NCBI RefSeq assembly: GCF_000195855.1
Contig: NC_002677.1
Location: 2,910,001-2,942,000, forward strand
Direction of reading: 5' to 3'
DNA from: Mycobacterium leprae TN
GTDB lineage: Bacteria; Actinomycetota; Actinomycetes; Mycobacteriales; Mycobacteriaceae
Length of the DNA stretch: 32,000 nt
The stretch's first letter is position 1; every line of letters starts with the position of its first letter. Both the position numbers and the translations under genes were made by a program. The notes beneath the pieces were generated by a model. That model was not told the DNA's origin. It was given only the letters and a program-made list of their open reading frames with translations, and did no database searches. Below are positions 20,880 to 29,743 of this stretch, in pieces.

Positions 20880-22061
20880 GCGGTTCCGCCGCGGGTTTAG
20901 GCTTAAGGAATGTCCTAGGAGAGCGTTGGCTCGCGGCTGAAGTCGTGGGCATACGTACTACCAATCCGCCACCCGACACGCCGATCGACCACGTCACGCG
21001 CTGGCTCGTCGTCACGCGTGCCGCGGTACTGCCGAATGTACCTTGTTCTCTTGCCTTGTCGCGGTATTGCTGGCGGCCAATGACCCTGGTCTCGATTGAC
21101 GCTGGCTGATCCTGACCGTGGTGGATATCACGGGCGCGCGCATGGCCAACAACCTGTCTAGTTCCTACGTCAGTACCGACAGTGCCTATTCTACCCGCGT
21201 GCCCGCGACGCTACGCTCCTCACCCAGTCCTGTCAGCTTCCGCACGCTGAGTCTGGCAATATCTGTTGATGAATTCCGTCTACCTGGCAATCCCGGCCAT
21301 GATCGAGGGACCCGTGGCGGTTCCTCGCATTCAGCGGCTTCGCTCTATACTTTAGCGTTGCTTACACAGAATCTAAGCTGCGGTTATATAGAGATGTGAC
21401 TTCCGGTGCATCCGACATTTTCGTCCTATGATGCCCGCTAATGGTGTGTGGAACGTACTACTCGGCGGTGGACACAGCCAGTTGAGGCATCGCGCTGGCC
21501 TTGTATCTCTAATGGTTTGTTGTGCACGACGGTGCTGATGGGCAAGCGTATCTCCAAGATCCCACTACGACCGAGTGCTCGGCATCGCGACGTTCCCGGG
21601 TCCTGCTTGGCAAAGCTCGCGCTAGCGTGGTAAAGCTGGCCCGATGGCCCAGTTCTACTGTACTGGTCACAGCCGTTGCCGGGGTGGGAACGATGCTTTA
21701 GTCCGCATTGTGTCGTGCTGATAGCGCTGCCTCGGCTGGGTGAATGATGTGACCATATTTCCGTCGGCAGAAACCCAACCAACCGCCGCCGGAGTTTCCG
21801 GTCTGACCACTGTAGTACGCTGGGTGAACGTAGGTGCACGTGCGTCCGGCCGGTGGACTGCTCGTCATGGACCTCAGGATTGACGCCGGGCTGCACACAT
21901 TGTCAATCGCATCGACGGTTGTGATGCATGCCGAGCGCAGCGTAGACGACTTGAGCCACTTGAACGGTTAGCATGCAGGGGATGCATCGGGGGGCCAAGC
22001 CAGGGTGTGTCTTTTTTCGCGCCATAAACGCCTCCGGGACACAGAAAGGCTCAATAACCGT

Positions 22062-22949
22062 ATGTCCGTGCAGCTGACGCCGCATTTTAGAAACGTACAA
22101 GCCCATTACGACCTATCTGACGACTTCTTCCGCCTGTTCCTCGACCCCACCCTGACCTACAGCTGCGCGTATTTCGAGCGTGACGACATGACGCTCGAGG
22201 AAGCGCAGCTCGCCAAGGTCGATCTAGCGTTGGGAAAGCTCAAGCTTGAGCCCGGGATGACGTTGCTGGACATCGGCTGTGGTTGGGGCGCCACCATGAA
22301 ACGCGCGATTGAAATATACGACGTCAACGTTATAGGCCTGACCCTGTCCGAGAATCAGGCCGCCCACGTTCAGAAGACATTCGACGAGTTAGACACCCCC
22401 CGAACCCGGCGGGTACTGCTGGAGGGCTGGGAGAAGTTCCACGAACCTGTCGACCGGATTGTCTCGATCGGTGCATTCGAGCACTTCGGCCGCCAACGCT
22501 ATGCACGCTTCTTCAAGATGGCCCACGAAGTCCTACCGGCCGACAGCGTGATGTTACTGCACACCATCGTCCGTCCCACCTTTAAAGATGCCAGAGCGCG
22601 GGGCATGACTTTAACCCACGAGATTGTTCACTTTACCCAATTCATTTTGGCTGAGATCTTCCCTGGTGGCTGGTTACCAACAGTACCGACGGTGGAAGAG
22701 CACGCCACCGCGGCCGGTTTCAAGTTCACACGGATCCAGTCGCTGCAGCTACACTACGCCAAAACCCTGGACTTGTGGGCCGCCAGACTGGAAGCCAACA
22801 AGAACAAGGCGATCGCCATCCAGTCTGAAGAGGTCTACGACCGCTACATGAAGTACCTAACTGGGTGCGCAAAGCTGTTCCGCGACGGGTACACTGATGT
22901 CGACCAGTTCACTTTGGAAAAGCAACCAGCCACCGCACGCCGGCATTGA
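22062..22949 (+). CDS. pcaA: Cyclopropane mycolic acid synthase (SAM-dependent methyltransferase), PcaA-like
   Basis: MSVQLTPHFRNVQAHYDLSDDFFRLFLDPT... from ATG 22062 (ORF open from 22005). It has the SAM-binding motif LLDIGCGWGATM and a conserved C-terminus (YMKYLTGCAKLFRDGYTDVDQFTLEK) followed by 8 extra residues. Confidence 0.93.
   Translation: MSVQLTPHFRNVQAHYDLSDDFFRLFLDPTLTYSCAYFERDDMTLEEAQLAKVDLALGKLKLEPGMTLLDIGCGWGATMKRAIEIYDVNVIGLTLSENQAAHVQKTFDELDTPRTRRVLLEGWEKFHEPVDRIVSIGAFEHFGRQRYARFFKMAHEVLPADSVMLLHTIVRPTFKDARARGMTLTHEIVHFTQFILAEIFPGGWLPTVPTVEEHATAAGFKFTRIQSLQLHYAKTLDLWAARLEANKNKAIAIQSEEVYDRYMKYLTGCAKLFRDGYTDVDQFTLEKQPATARRH
22164..22867. repeat. Left arm of a perfect 704-bp inverted repeat (pcaA codons Cys35 to Cys269)
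   Basis: This is the exact reverse complement of 23129-23832. I checked both ends base by base and several interior stretches. Translations of the two arms are identical in two different frames. Confidence 0.93.
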
Positions 22950-23013
22950 GTCGCCCGCTTAACCATCAGAAAACCGTCGCGGATTTACCCCCAGAACCAT
23001 CCCAAAACCACAA

Positions 23014-23041
23014 ACTCCAGAGCCGCGCGCAAGTCTGGAGT
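23014..23041. terminator. Candidate bidirectional stem-loop between the convergent pcaA and umaA-like genes
   Basis: actccaga (23014-23021) pairs with tctggagt (23034-23041), enclosing the 12-nt loop gccgcgcgcaag. There is no U-tract, so the evidence is weak. Confidence 0.25.
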
Positions 23042-23072
23042 CATCCCCATCGCTTGAGACATCGTCGCAAGC

Positions 23073-23933
23073 TTACTTGGTCAAGGTGAAACTCCCCACG
23101 TTGCGGATGCCTTTGTGGAAGAAATACCCACCCAGTTAGGTACTTCATGTAGCGGTCGTAGACCTCTTCAGACTGGATGGCGATCGCCTTGTTCTTGTTG
23201 GCTTCCAGTCTGGCGGCCCACAAGTCCAGGGTTTTGGCGTAGTGTAGCTGCAGCGACTGGATCCGTGTGAACTTGAAACCGGCCGCGGTGGCGTGCTCTT
23301 CCACCGTCGGTACTGTTGGTAACCAGCCACCAGGGAAGATCTCAGCCAAAATGAATTGGGTAAAGTGAACAATCTCGTGGGTTAAAGTCATGCCCCGCGC
23401 TCTGGCATCTTTAAAGGTGGGACGGACGATGGTGTGCAGTAACATCACGCTGTCGGCCGGTAGGACTTCGTGGGCCATCTTGAAGAAGCGTGCATAGCGT
23501 TGGCGGCCGAAGTGCTCGAATGCACCGATCGAGACAATCCGGTCGACAGGTTCGTGGAACTTCTCCCAGCCCTCCAGCAGTACCCGCCGGGTTCGGGGGG
23601 TGTCTAACTCGTCGAATGTCTTCTGAACGTGGGCGGCCTGATTCTCGGACAGGGTCAGGCCTATAACGTTGACGTCGTATATTTCAATCGCGCGTTTCAT
23701 GGTGGCGCCCCAACCACAGCCGATGTCCAGCAACGTCATCCCGGGCTCAAGCTTGAGCTTTCCCAACGCTAGATCGACCTTGGCGAGCTGCGCTTCCTCG
23801 AGCGTCATGTCGTCACGCTCGAAATACGCGCACGTAATAACCTATCGTTGGATCTAAAAAATAATGCGAAAAATTCATCCGAAACATTATAAATAGATCA
23901 GGACTCTTCATAAAAAGGCGCCAGCTCGGTCAT
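23073..23933 (-). pseudogene. umaA: UmaA-like mycolic acid methyltransferase pseudogene with its core replaced by pcaA sequence
   Basis: The minus strand from ATG 23933 reads MTELAPFYEES*SIYNVSDEFFALF..., with a TGA at codon 12 and indels. The core 23832-23129 is identical to pcaA. The native tail GYFFHKGIRNVGSFTLTK* (stop 23075..23073) is out of frame with the core. ORF 23041..23808 in the track is only the internal Met-to-stop piece. Confidence 0.8.
23129..23832. repeat. Right arm of the perfect 704-bp inverted repeat
   Basis: Reverse complement of 22164-22867. The flanking bases on both sides differ between the two copies. Confidence 0.93.
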
Positions 23934-24085
23934 GCTCGGCAAAAACCTCTCGTTCGTCGACCTGAGCAGTGGTACCTTATTCTTACAACAACTGTTGTAC
24001 CACTCGGCGCGCTTGCGGATGATCTCGACATCCTCTCGGCGCTAACGACCTTGGCAAGAACCGCGCGGGTGGACCATATGCTACT

Positions 24086-24949
24086 TCAGTACGTATAGAA
24101 ACCCTGACCCGATTTTTTACCTAGCAGGCCCGCCTCGACCATACGTAGCAACAGCGGCGGCGGACCGTAGTGCGGTTCTTTAAATTCTTCGAACATCTTG
24201 TCCGCGATTAGTTTTAGGGTGTCCAAGCCAACGAGATCGGAGAGCCGCAGCGGGCCCATCGGGTGCGACAGCCCGGCAAGGACAGCCTTGTCGACATCTT
24301 CGACGGTGGCAAACCCAGCTTCGACTATCCGGATCGCCGACAACAAATAAGGCACCAGTAGAGCATTGACCACAAAACCAGACCGGTCCGAGCAGCGCAC
24401 CACTTGCTTGCCAAGTACTCCGCTGGCAAACTCTTCGGCACGAGTGGCAGCGGCTTCATCGGTGACCAACGTGCTGACCAATTCGACCAAGGGTAGCACT
24501 GGTACTGGGTTGAAGAAGTGCAGGCCCAGGACTCGTTGTGGGTTCTTGGTGGCCGCAGCGATTTTCATGATCGGGATGCTGGAGGTGTTCGACGCAAGCA
24601 CCGCATCGGGATCGGTAATGACTCGGTCGAGTTCGGCGAAAACCTTCGTCTTGACAGCCTCGTCCTCGACAATGGCCTCAATCACCAATTGCCGGTCGGC
24701 CAAGTCATTCAGGTCTGTGGTGAAGACCAGATGGCCAAGGGCACTGTCGCGCTCGCGCTCTGTCACCTTGCCTGCGCTAACGCCACGCTCCAAGGACTTC
24801 ACAATGCGGTTGCGTCCTGCGGTGACTAACGTGTCAGTGGTTTCAAACACCGTCACGCCAACACCGGCACGAACAGCAACTTCAGCGATGCCCGACCCCA
24901 TCTGCCCCGCCCCAACAACCCCTACTCGCTGGATCGCTGCATCACTCAC
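24086..24949 (-). CDS. fadB2: 3-hydroxybutyryl-CoA dehydrogenase
   Basis: The NAD-binding motif is VGVVGAGQMGSGIAE. The C-terminal dimerisation domain ends ...GKKSGQGFYTY. The ORF is open to 24997, but GTG at 24949 (VSDAAIQRVGVVG) matches the expected N-terminus. Confidence 0.93.
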   Translation of the reverse strand: MSDAAIQRVGVVGAGQMGSGIAEVAVRAGVGVTVFETTDTLVTAGRNRIVKSLERGVSAGKVTERERDSALGHLVFTTDLNDLADRQLVIEAIVEDEAVKTKVFAELDRVITDPDAVLASNTSSIPIMKIAAATKNPQRVLGLHFFNPVPVLPLVELVSTLVTDEAAATRAEEFASGVLGKQVVRCSDRSGFVVNALLVPYLLSAIRIVEAGFATVEDVDKAVLAGLSHPMGPLRLSDLVGLDTLKLIADKMFEEFKEPHYGPPPLLLRMVEAGLLGKKSGQGFYTY

Positions 24950-25177
24950 TGTTGTCTCTCCAGAGTCGTATTGTCGTTCTACCGCAAGAGGCCCCACCTA
25001 GGTTTGCTGGGCAGGGCCTAAATTGTCAAACTCATCTCAGGCCTTCGAACATAAATCGCAGCGAAAAACCAGCAGAAGTATCGCATCAGCTCCACGCCTA
25101 GCATGACCCCAGTCATGCTTAGTGGACCTACTCAATCGGGTTCACCTCGTCTGCGCAGACTTACGCCCACTCAATCC

Positions 25178-26454
25178 TCAGTGAAGCTGGCCTTCTTCGG
25201 TAGAACCGGTCAAAGCAACCGTCGACGAATGCAGATCGGCCATGGTGGCGACGCGATCAAAAGAGCCGGCACCAATCTCGCACTGGTGCGTGGTAGCGGT
25301 GTAGCCGCGCACTTCAGCGGCAAACTAGCACTCCTACAACTCAACCTAGGCGGTCATCTGGTTACGAGCATAATCGTAGGCGAGATCGAACATGGAATAG
25401 TTCAGTGCATGGAAGCCGGCCAACGTAATAGAATGGAATTTGAATCCCATTGCAGAAAAATCCTTCTGGAACTTGGTGATATTGCTGTAGTCAAGGTGTT
25501 GCTTACAATTGCACGATAGCGAACTAATAGGCCAGTATCTGGTCCGGGTAGGAATCCTTGACCGACTCGGAGAATTTCTATGCAAGTTTGAGGTACGGTG
25601 GTGTCGGTCTCCATCCAGATTAAATCGACTAACGGCGCATAGATTTTTGCCCGAGCGATACAGAGCTCGATGCCGTTCTTGGCGAGGTAGAAACCGCCCT
25701 TAGTGCGCTCACCGGTGATTAACGGCCGGTCACGCTCGTCTACGTCGGAGGTTATCAGGGTGGCAACCTCGGCGTTGGGACGGGCAATCATGACAGTCAG
25801 CACGTCGAACACGAGCCGAGCAGACATCAAGTGCGGATGTGCTGCTGGGTAGGGGAATCAGCACCTTGCCGCCCAGGTGACCACATTTCTTCTCAGAGGC
25901 CAAGCTGATACTCCCCCAATGCTAACCAGCAACACCCATGGTGATCAAGGCCTTCTACAGTTCGAAAACGTTAAGCACACTACCGAAGCCAACCTCACCA
26001 TCAGCGACGATCTGCGCTAGCCAGTTCTCCACCGAGGTGTCGGCCTCAACCTTGGCGATCTGGTCGGCGCGCCGTTAATACGGCGGAGTACTTGCAGCAC
26101 CGAGTTGGCCGGGTACAGGCTTTAGCCGGGGTAGGTGTTGCCGGACAAGTTAGGCGTCACCGGCGATCTGCCAACACGACAGGTAGATAGCCTTCAGGCC
26201 GGCGCGCACCTGCTAGACAGCCATGTTGCCAATCAGGGCACGGATCTTGGCTTTGACTCATTTCCAGTCATGCAACTGTTCCCACAACCGCTCCGCGCCA
26301 CGGCGGGCTAGCGTGTGGTCCTCGACGACGCTGCCCTGCAGGGCTGCCACGTCCGCAGCGGTGTAGGTAACGAGTGGACGTCCTTCCAACGCGAATCTGT
26401 GTAGCCAGTCGTGCTGAATCCGCTCGGCGCTCTTGGGGTGCCGACGACAGACAG
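25178..26454 (-). pseudogene. icl: Isocitrate lyase pseudogene
   Basis: Minus-strand fragments in several frames include (L)SVVGTP..., [92 protein letters not shown] and [15 protein letters not shown]. There are many stops and frameshifts. CTG replaces the start codon at 26454, and the AAGGAG Shine-Dalgarno survives at 26463-26468. Confidence 0.85.
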
Positions 26455-26750
26455 TGGGCTTGCTCCTTTAACAGTGTTTCGTGGTCAGGTACTGCTGAAT
26501 TGGTGAAACCGAACCGCTACGAGACAGTGCTGGTAGCCCAACATCCACTGCTGTGCTAACTCGACTATGGCACAGCCTGCTCCCCAAAACTCACTTGTTT
26601 CACTTACAAATTTCGGTCATTACTTCAGGAGATTGCGCGAATTTTACGAAAGAGCAAAGGCGCTAAACCATTTCAGAAACTACCGTTCAGTAACCACAAA
26701 TCAGCAGGTCAACCAAGAATTTTCCGAGAGTTGCCCGGCTTACGATTTCG

Positions 26751-27545
26751 CTACAGCGCGAAGATCGCAGCGATGGCTTTAGTCTCGTCGCCAACCGTAT
26801 ATGTGAGCGTTATAACAGAGCGGTCAACCAAGCCAGGACCGAATTGATCAGTCGAGCCAGCAGGGTGAACGTGCAAAACGATCTCCAACTTGTCGCCCAG
26901 CGCAACGGGAGCCTCATGTTCGATGGTGGTGCGGAGCGGCCCTTTGAGTAGTTCGGAGTGAGACACCAAATAGTCCTCGATCACGCTCCAGTACACCGAA
27001 TTGTTCATGTGATCGAACAAGTCAATATCAGTTACCCGCACCGGGAACTCGTGGATTTCCGACGCATCGTCACGGCTACCCGGCTGCAAATAGCCCCTCC
27101 ACCGCAGCCTATCGACGGACGTGGTCCTGTGCAGGCCCGCCAGGAAGTCGTCCGCGATGCGGGCCGGCATCTGAGTTTCCCGGTTGATGTTGATCCAAAA
27201 CGCCTCGGACTCGATGAGGCCACCCTTGCGCCCATCGATACGGACACGCATTTCACACCACCGGTTCGAGGTACCCGAACACCACCGCCGCAGCCGCAAC
27301 ATTTCCTGGAACTCAACCGGACGGATCAAGTCAACCATGGTGCGGCGCACAATCCACAGCGGGTGGGTCTCCTCGAACCCCATCTCGCGCAGTTGATCCT
27401 GACCGATGTCTTGGATATGCCGGACACCTGCGTCTAATCGCAGCCGACCGGTGCGGTCGATGTCCCCTACGCGAAGCGGCCATTCACGATCAAACACATC
27501 GGGATGACCTTCGGGAACCGGCATCATTATCTTGTCTAGGCTCAC
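26751..27545 (-). CDS. Acyl-ACP thioesterase-like hotdog-fold protein (Rv0466-like)
   Basis: The ORF is open to 27581. GTG at 27545 (VSLDKIMMPVPEGHPDVFDREWPLRVGDID...) gives 264 aa. The frame is intact and the composition is protein-like throughout. Confidence 0.85.
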   Translation of the reverse strand: MSLDKIMMPVPEGHPDVFDREWPLRVGDIDRTGRLRLDAGVRHIQDIGQDQLREMGFEETHPLWIVRRTMVDLIRPVEFQEMLRLRRWCSGTSNRWCEMRVRIDGRKGGLIESEAFWININRETQMPARIADDFLAGLHRTTSVDRLRWRGYLQPGSRDDASEIHEFPVRVTDIDLFDHMNNSVYWSVIEDYLVSHSELLKGPLRTTIEHEAPVALGDKLEIVLHVHPAGSTDQFGPGLVDRSVITLTYTVGDETKAIAAIFAL

Positions 27546-27723
27546 GGCATCGGCCCCGTTTCCTACTCGTCCACACCCCAAGGTCTTAGCCCCGAACCGA
27601 ATTATGCCAAACGACGTCTGTCAAATACCAGTCGAACATGAAACGTGATCCCAGTGCGAACTCTGCGAATTGTGCCTCAACAACAAAAGTAAACTGAATT
27701 GGGTGTTCAAGAAGTTCGATTGT

Positions 27724-29180
27724 GTGTTCACGAAGTTCGTCAGCCCGGATGTGCGACAGTTGCGTAGTGAGTGCAGGTTCAGCCAAGATGAATTTGGCCC
27801 AGATACTGGAGATCTCGCCACCCTAACCTCAATCAGATCGAGCACGACGTTCGCCCGTTTAAAGTGGGTGCATTGCTGCGAATCACCTGAGGTGTTCGGG
27901 GTGGACGCGACCTTCCGCGGCCCTCACAACGACACCCGACTGACAACCGAGCTGCATGGGGTGACAATGGACCGCGATGCTGGATCTCGACATTGACCCG
28001 ACCGAAGTCGCCAAATGGGAAATGATCAGTGCCCATTCGGGCCTCACCCGAGCGGTGGTCAACCTGCACTGACGCTACCGACTCACCACTGCACAGCTAG
28101 ACGCCGCTACCAAGGAACGGTTCTTCGATGGTAACGGCAGCGAATCGATCACCACGTAGTACGAAGAAGCCCGCGACTACAAATATGCCAACGACCAACG
28201 CCAGAACTACCTACACGAACTGGCCACCGCAACCGAAAACATAAAGACCCAGACGCAGCCGCATCACGGCCACTTGGCCCGCGAGTTGACCCGGCCGGTT
28301 CACCGAGGTGCACAGCAACCGGTTAAGCGCTCTCGGTGATGAGTGTGCTGCACCGCTGCGACCCCACAACCAACACGCTCCAAATCAACAGCCACCTCAT
28401 CATTAGGTCAGCAGGTGTTCAAGATAGCCGCCGAATGTGGCGTATCTCGAAGTACGGTGATTTGATCAACCACCTTGTTGCAGAAGGCAAATTCACCAGC
28501 GACGAGTCGCACACCCTGGCCCGAGCTCGGGTTGGCCAATTACTTCCTTCACCGTAGCCGTGGTGCTTGCCCTACCGCCAGTTCCACGACGTGTCCGAGA
28601 ACTTTCGCTACGACGTAAAGCAGCTGTCAGCGTTCTACTCGGTGAGCTACGAGACTACAGCGCACCGGCTGTCAACGTTGCAGCGACCATGAATACGGGG
28701 TGTGCCCTTTTCGTTCGTCCGCGAACACCGAGCAATAAACATATCAAAAGACTACTATATCAACGGCTTTCACGCCTACTCCAGTGAAGGAACCTGATCA
28801 CTATGGAACGTTTACGAAAACGTTCGCCAACCCGGGTAAGATCTTTGGTGCAAATCGCCCAAATGCCCTACGGGCGTATCTAGAGATGTAGGTGGCCCGA
28901 ACCGTCGAGCGCCTAGCCACCCTGTATGATCAGTCTGGTAAAATCTTCACAATTGACTGAGCTGAGTTGCGAACTTCTTCAGGCACAACCGGCTCGTCAG
29001 GACTTGACTTGTCAGGAGATCCAGGGAAGCTTGAGAAATATCGCCACACTAATCGACGCGCGTAGTCGTGTCTGCGAACGTAACAACTGTCCTCTGCGGA
29101 CGTTCCCCGCTTTGAGTCGAGCACTCAAGCTCGACGAACACCGCAGCACAATCTCTCCGTACTTGGTGAAACACGCATGA
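27724..29180 (+). pseudogene. ramB: RamB-like regulator pseudogene (XRE HTH plus ImmA/IrrE-type domain; Rv0465c-like)
   Basis: Fragments across frames include VFTKFVSPDVRQLRSECRFSQ, EVFGVDATF...DTRLTTELHGVTMDRD, VLHRCDPTTNTLQINSHL, GKFTSDESHTLAR, LPYRQFHDVSENFRYDVKQLSAFYSVSYETTAHRLSTLQRP, SLWNVYEN and RVCERNNCPLRTFPALSRALKLDEHRSTISPYLVKHA*. It is split over at least four ORFs. Confidence 0.8.
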
Positions 29181-29743
29181 GCGGCGGTACTGGCACCGGA
29201 CCGGTCGGTCGCATCCCACCAGGCAGCCTGCGTCAGCTGGGACCGATCAACTGGGTGATCGCCAAGTTGGCCGCGAGCTTGCTTCGCACATCTGAGATGC
29301 ATCTATTCACCATTCTGGGACAGCGCCAACTGCTGTTCTGGGCGTGGCTGATTTATGGCGGCCGACTGCTGCGGGGCAAACTACCGCGCGTCGATACCGA
29401 GTTGGTAATCCTGCGGGTCGCACATCTACGCACTTGCGAATACGAGCTGCAACACCATCGCCGCATGGCACGTAAACGGGGTCTGGATACAAAAATACAG
29501 GCTATGATCTTCGCCTGGCCTGACGTTCCAACAGGAGCTGGGTTAAGCGTCCGGCAACAAGCCCTGTTGGCCGCAACGGACGAGTTCGTCAAAGACCGAA
29601 AGATAACTAGCAGTAGCTGGCAGCAGCTGGAAACTCACCTAGATCGACGTCGACTGATCGAATTCTGCATGCTCATAAGCCAATACGACGGACTCGCGGC
29701 GACGATATCGAGCCTCGACATCCCGTTGGACAACTCGTGCTAG
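29177..29743 (+). CDS. AhpD/carboxymuconolactone-decarboxylase-like protein (Rv0464c-like)
   Basis: 188-aa ORF with a CMD-type helix motif (LVILRVAHLRTCEYELQHH). Its ATG overlaps the stop of the upstream ramB pseudogene (ATGA). Confidence 0.85.
   Translation: MSGGTGTGPVGRIPPGSLRQLGPINWVIAKLAASLLRTSEMHLFTILGQRQLLFWAWLIYGGRLLRGKLPRVDTELVILRVAHLRTCEYELQHHRRMARKRGLDTKIQAMIFAWPDVPTGAGLSVRQQALLAATDEFVKDRKITSSSWQQLETHLDRRRLIEFCMLISQYDGLAATISSLDIPLDNSC

Noticed and set aside
20990-21400. Possible UbiA-type prenyltransferase remnant
   Set aside because: There are only two short motif-like matches, read across stops. I could not build a consistent multi-fragment alignment by eye. It is mentioned as a finding but not listed as a feature.
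21438-21896. 152-aa minus-strand ORF
   Set aside because: It has an Arg/Ser/Pro/His-rich composition and no motif. Its orientation is opposite to what synteny would predict for a gene here. It is probably a chance ORF in decayed sequence.
23041-23808. 255-aa ORF that looks like a second intact mycolic acid methyltransferase gene
   Set aside because: It starts at an internal Met (equivalent to Met43 of PcaA), so it lacks the conserved N-terminal 40 or so residues. Its last 29 residues are an out-of-frame read of the umaA tail. The true upstream start (23933) is separated from it by a stop and frameshifts. I treat it as part of a pseudogene, not a functional paralogue.
23968-24004. Short stem-loops (agtggtac...gtaccact; tacaac-aact-gttgta) downstream of fadB2
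   Set aside because: The stems are only 6-8 bp and compete with each other, and there is no U-tract. This is plausible as a weak terminator but is not distinguishable from chance.
24366-25001. 211-aa plus-strand ORF
   Set aside because: It is antisense to fadB2, Ser/Thr/Ala/Arg-rich and low in complexity. The same reasoning applies to other antisense ORFs in the track. These include 5104..5631 and 5612..6010 over senX3, 13489..14019 over murB, 16736..17389 over deoC, and 17257..17820 over the DUF2599/DUF2516 genes.
26567-26782. 71-aa plus-strand ORF in the AT-rich region upstream of the icl pseudogene
   Set aside because: It has low GC, no ribosome-binding site and odd composition, and it overlaps the 3' end of the thioesterase-like gene. 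It more likely lies within orphaned icl promoter sequence.
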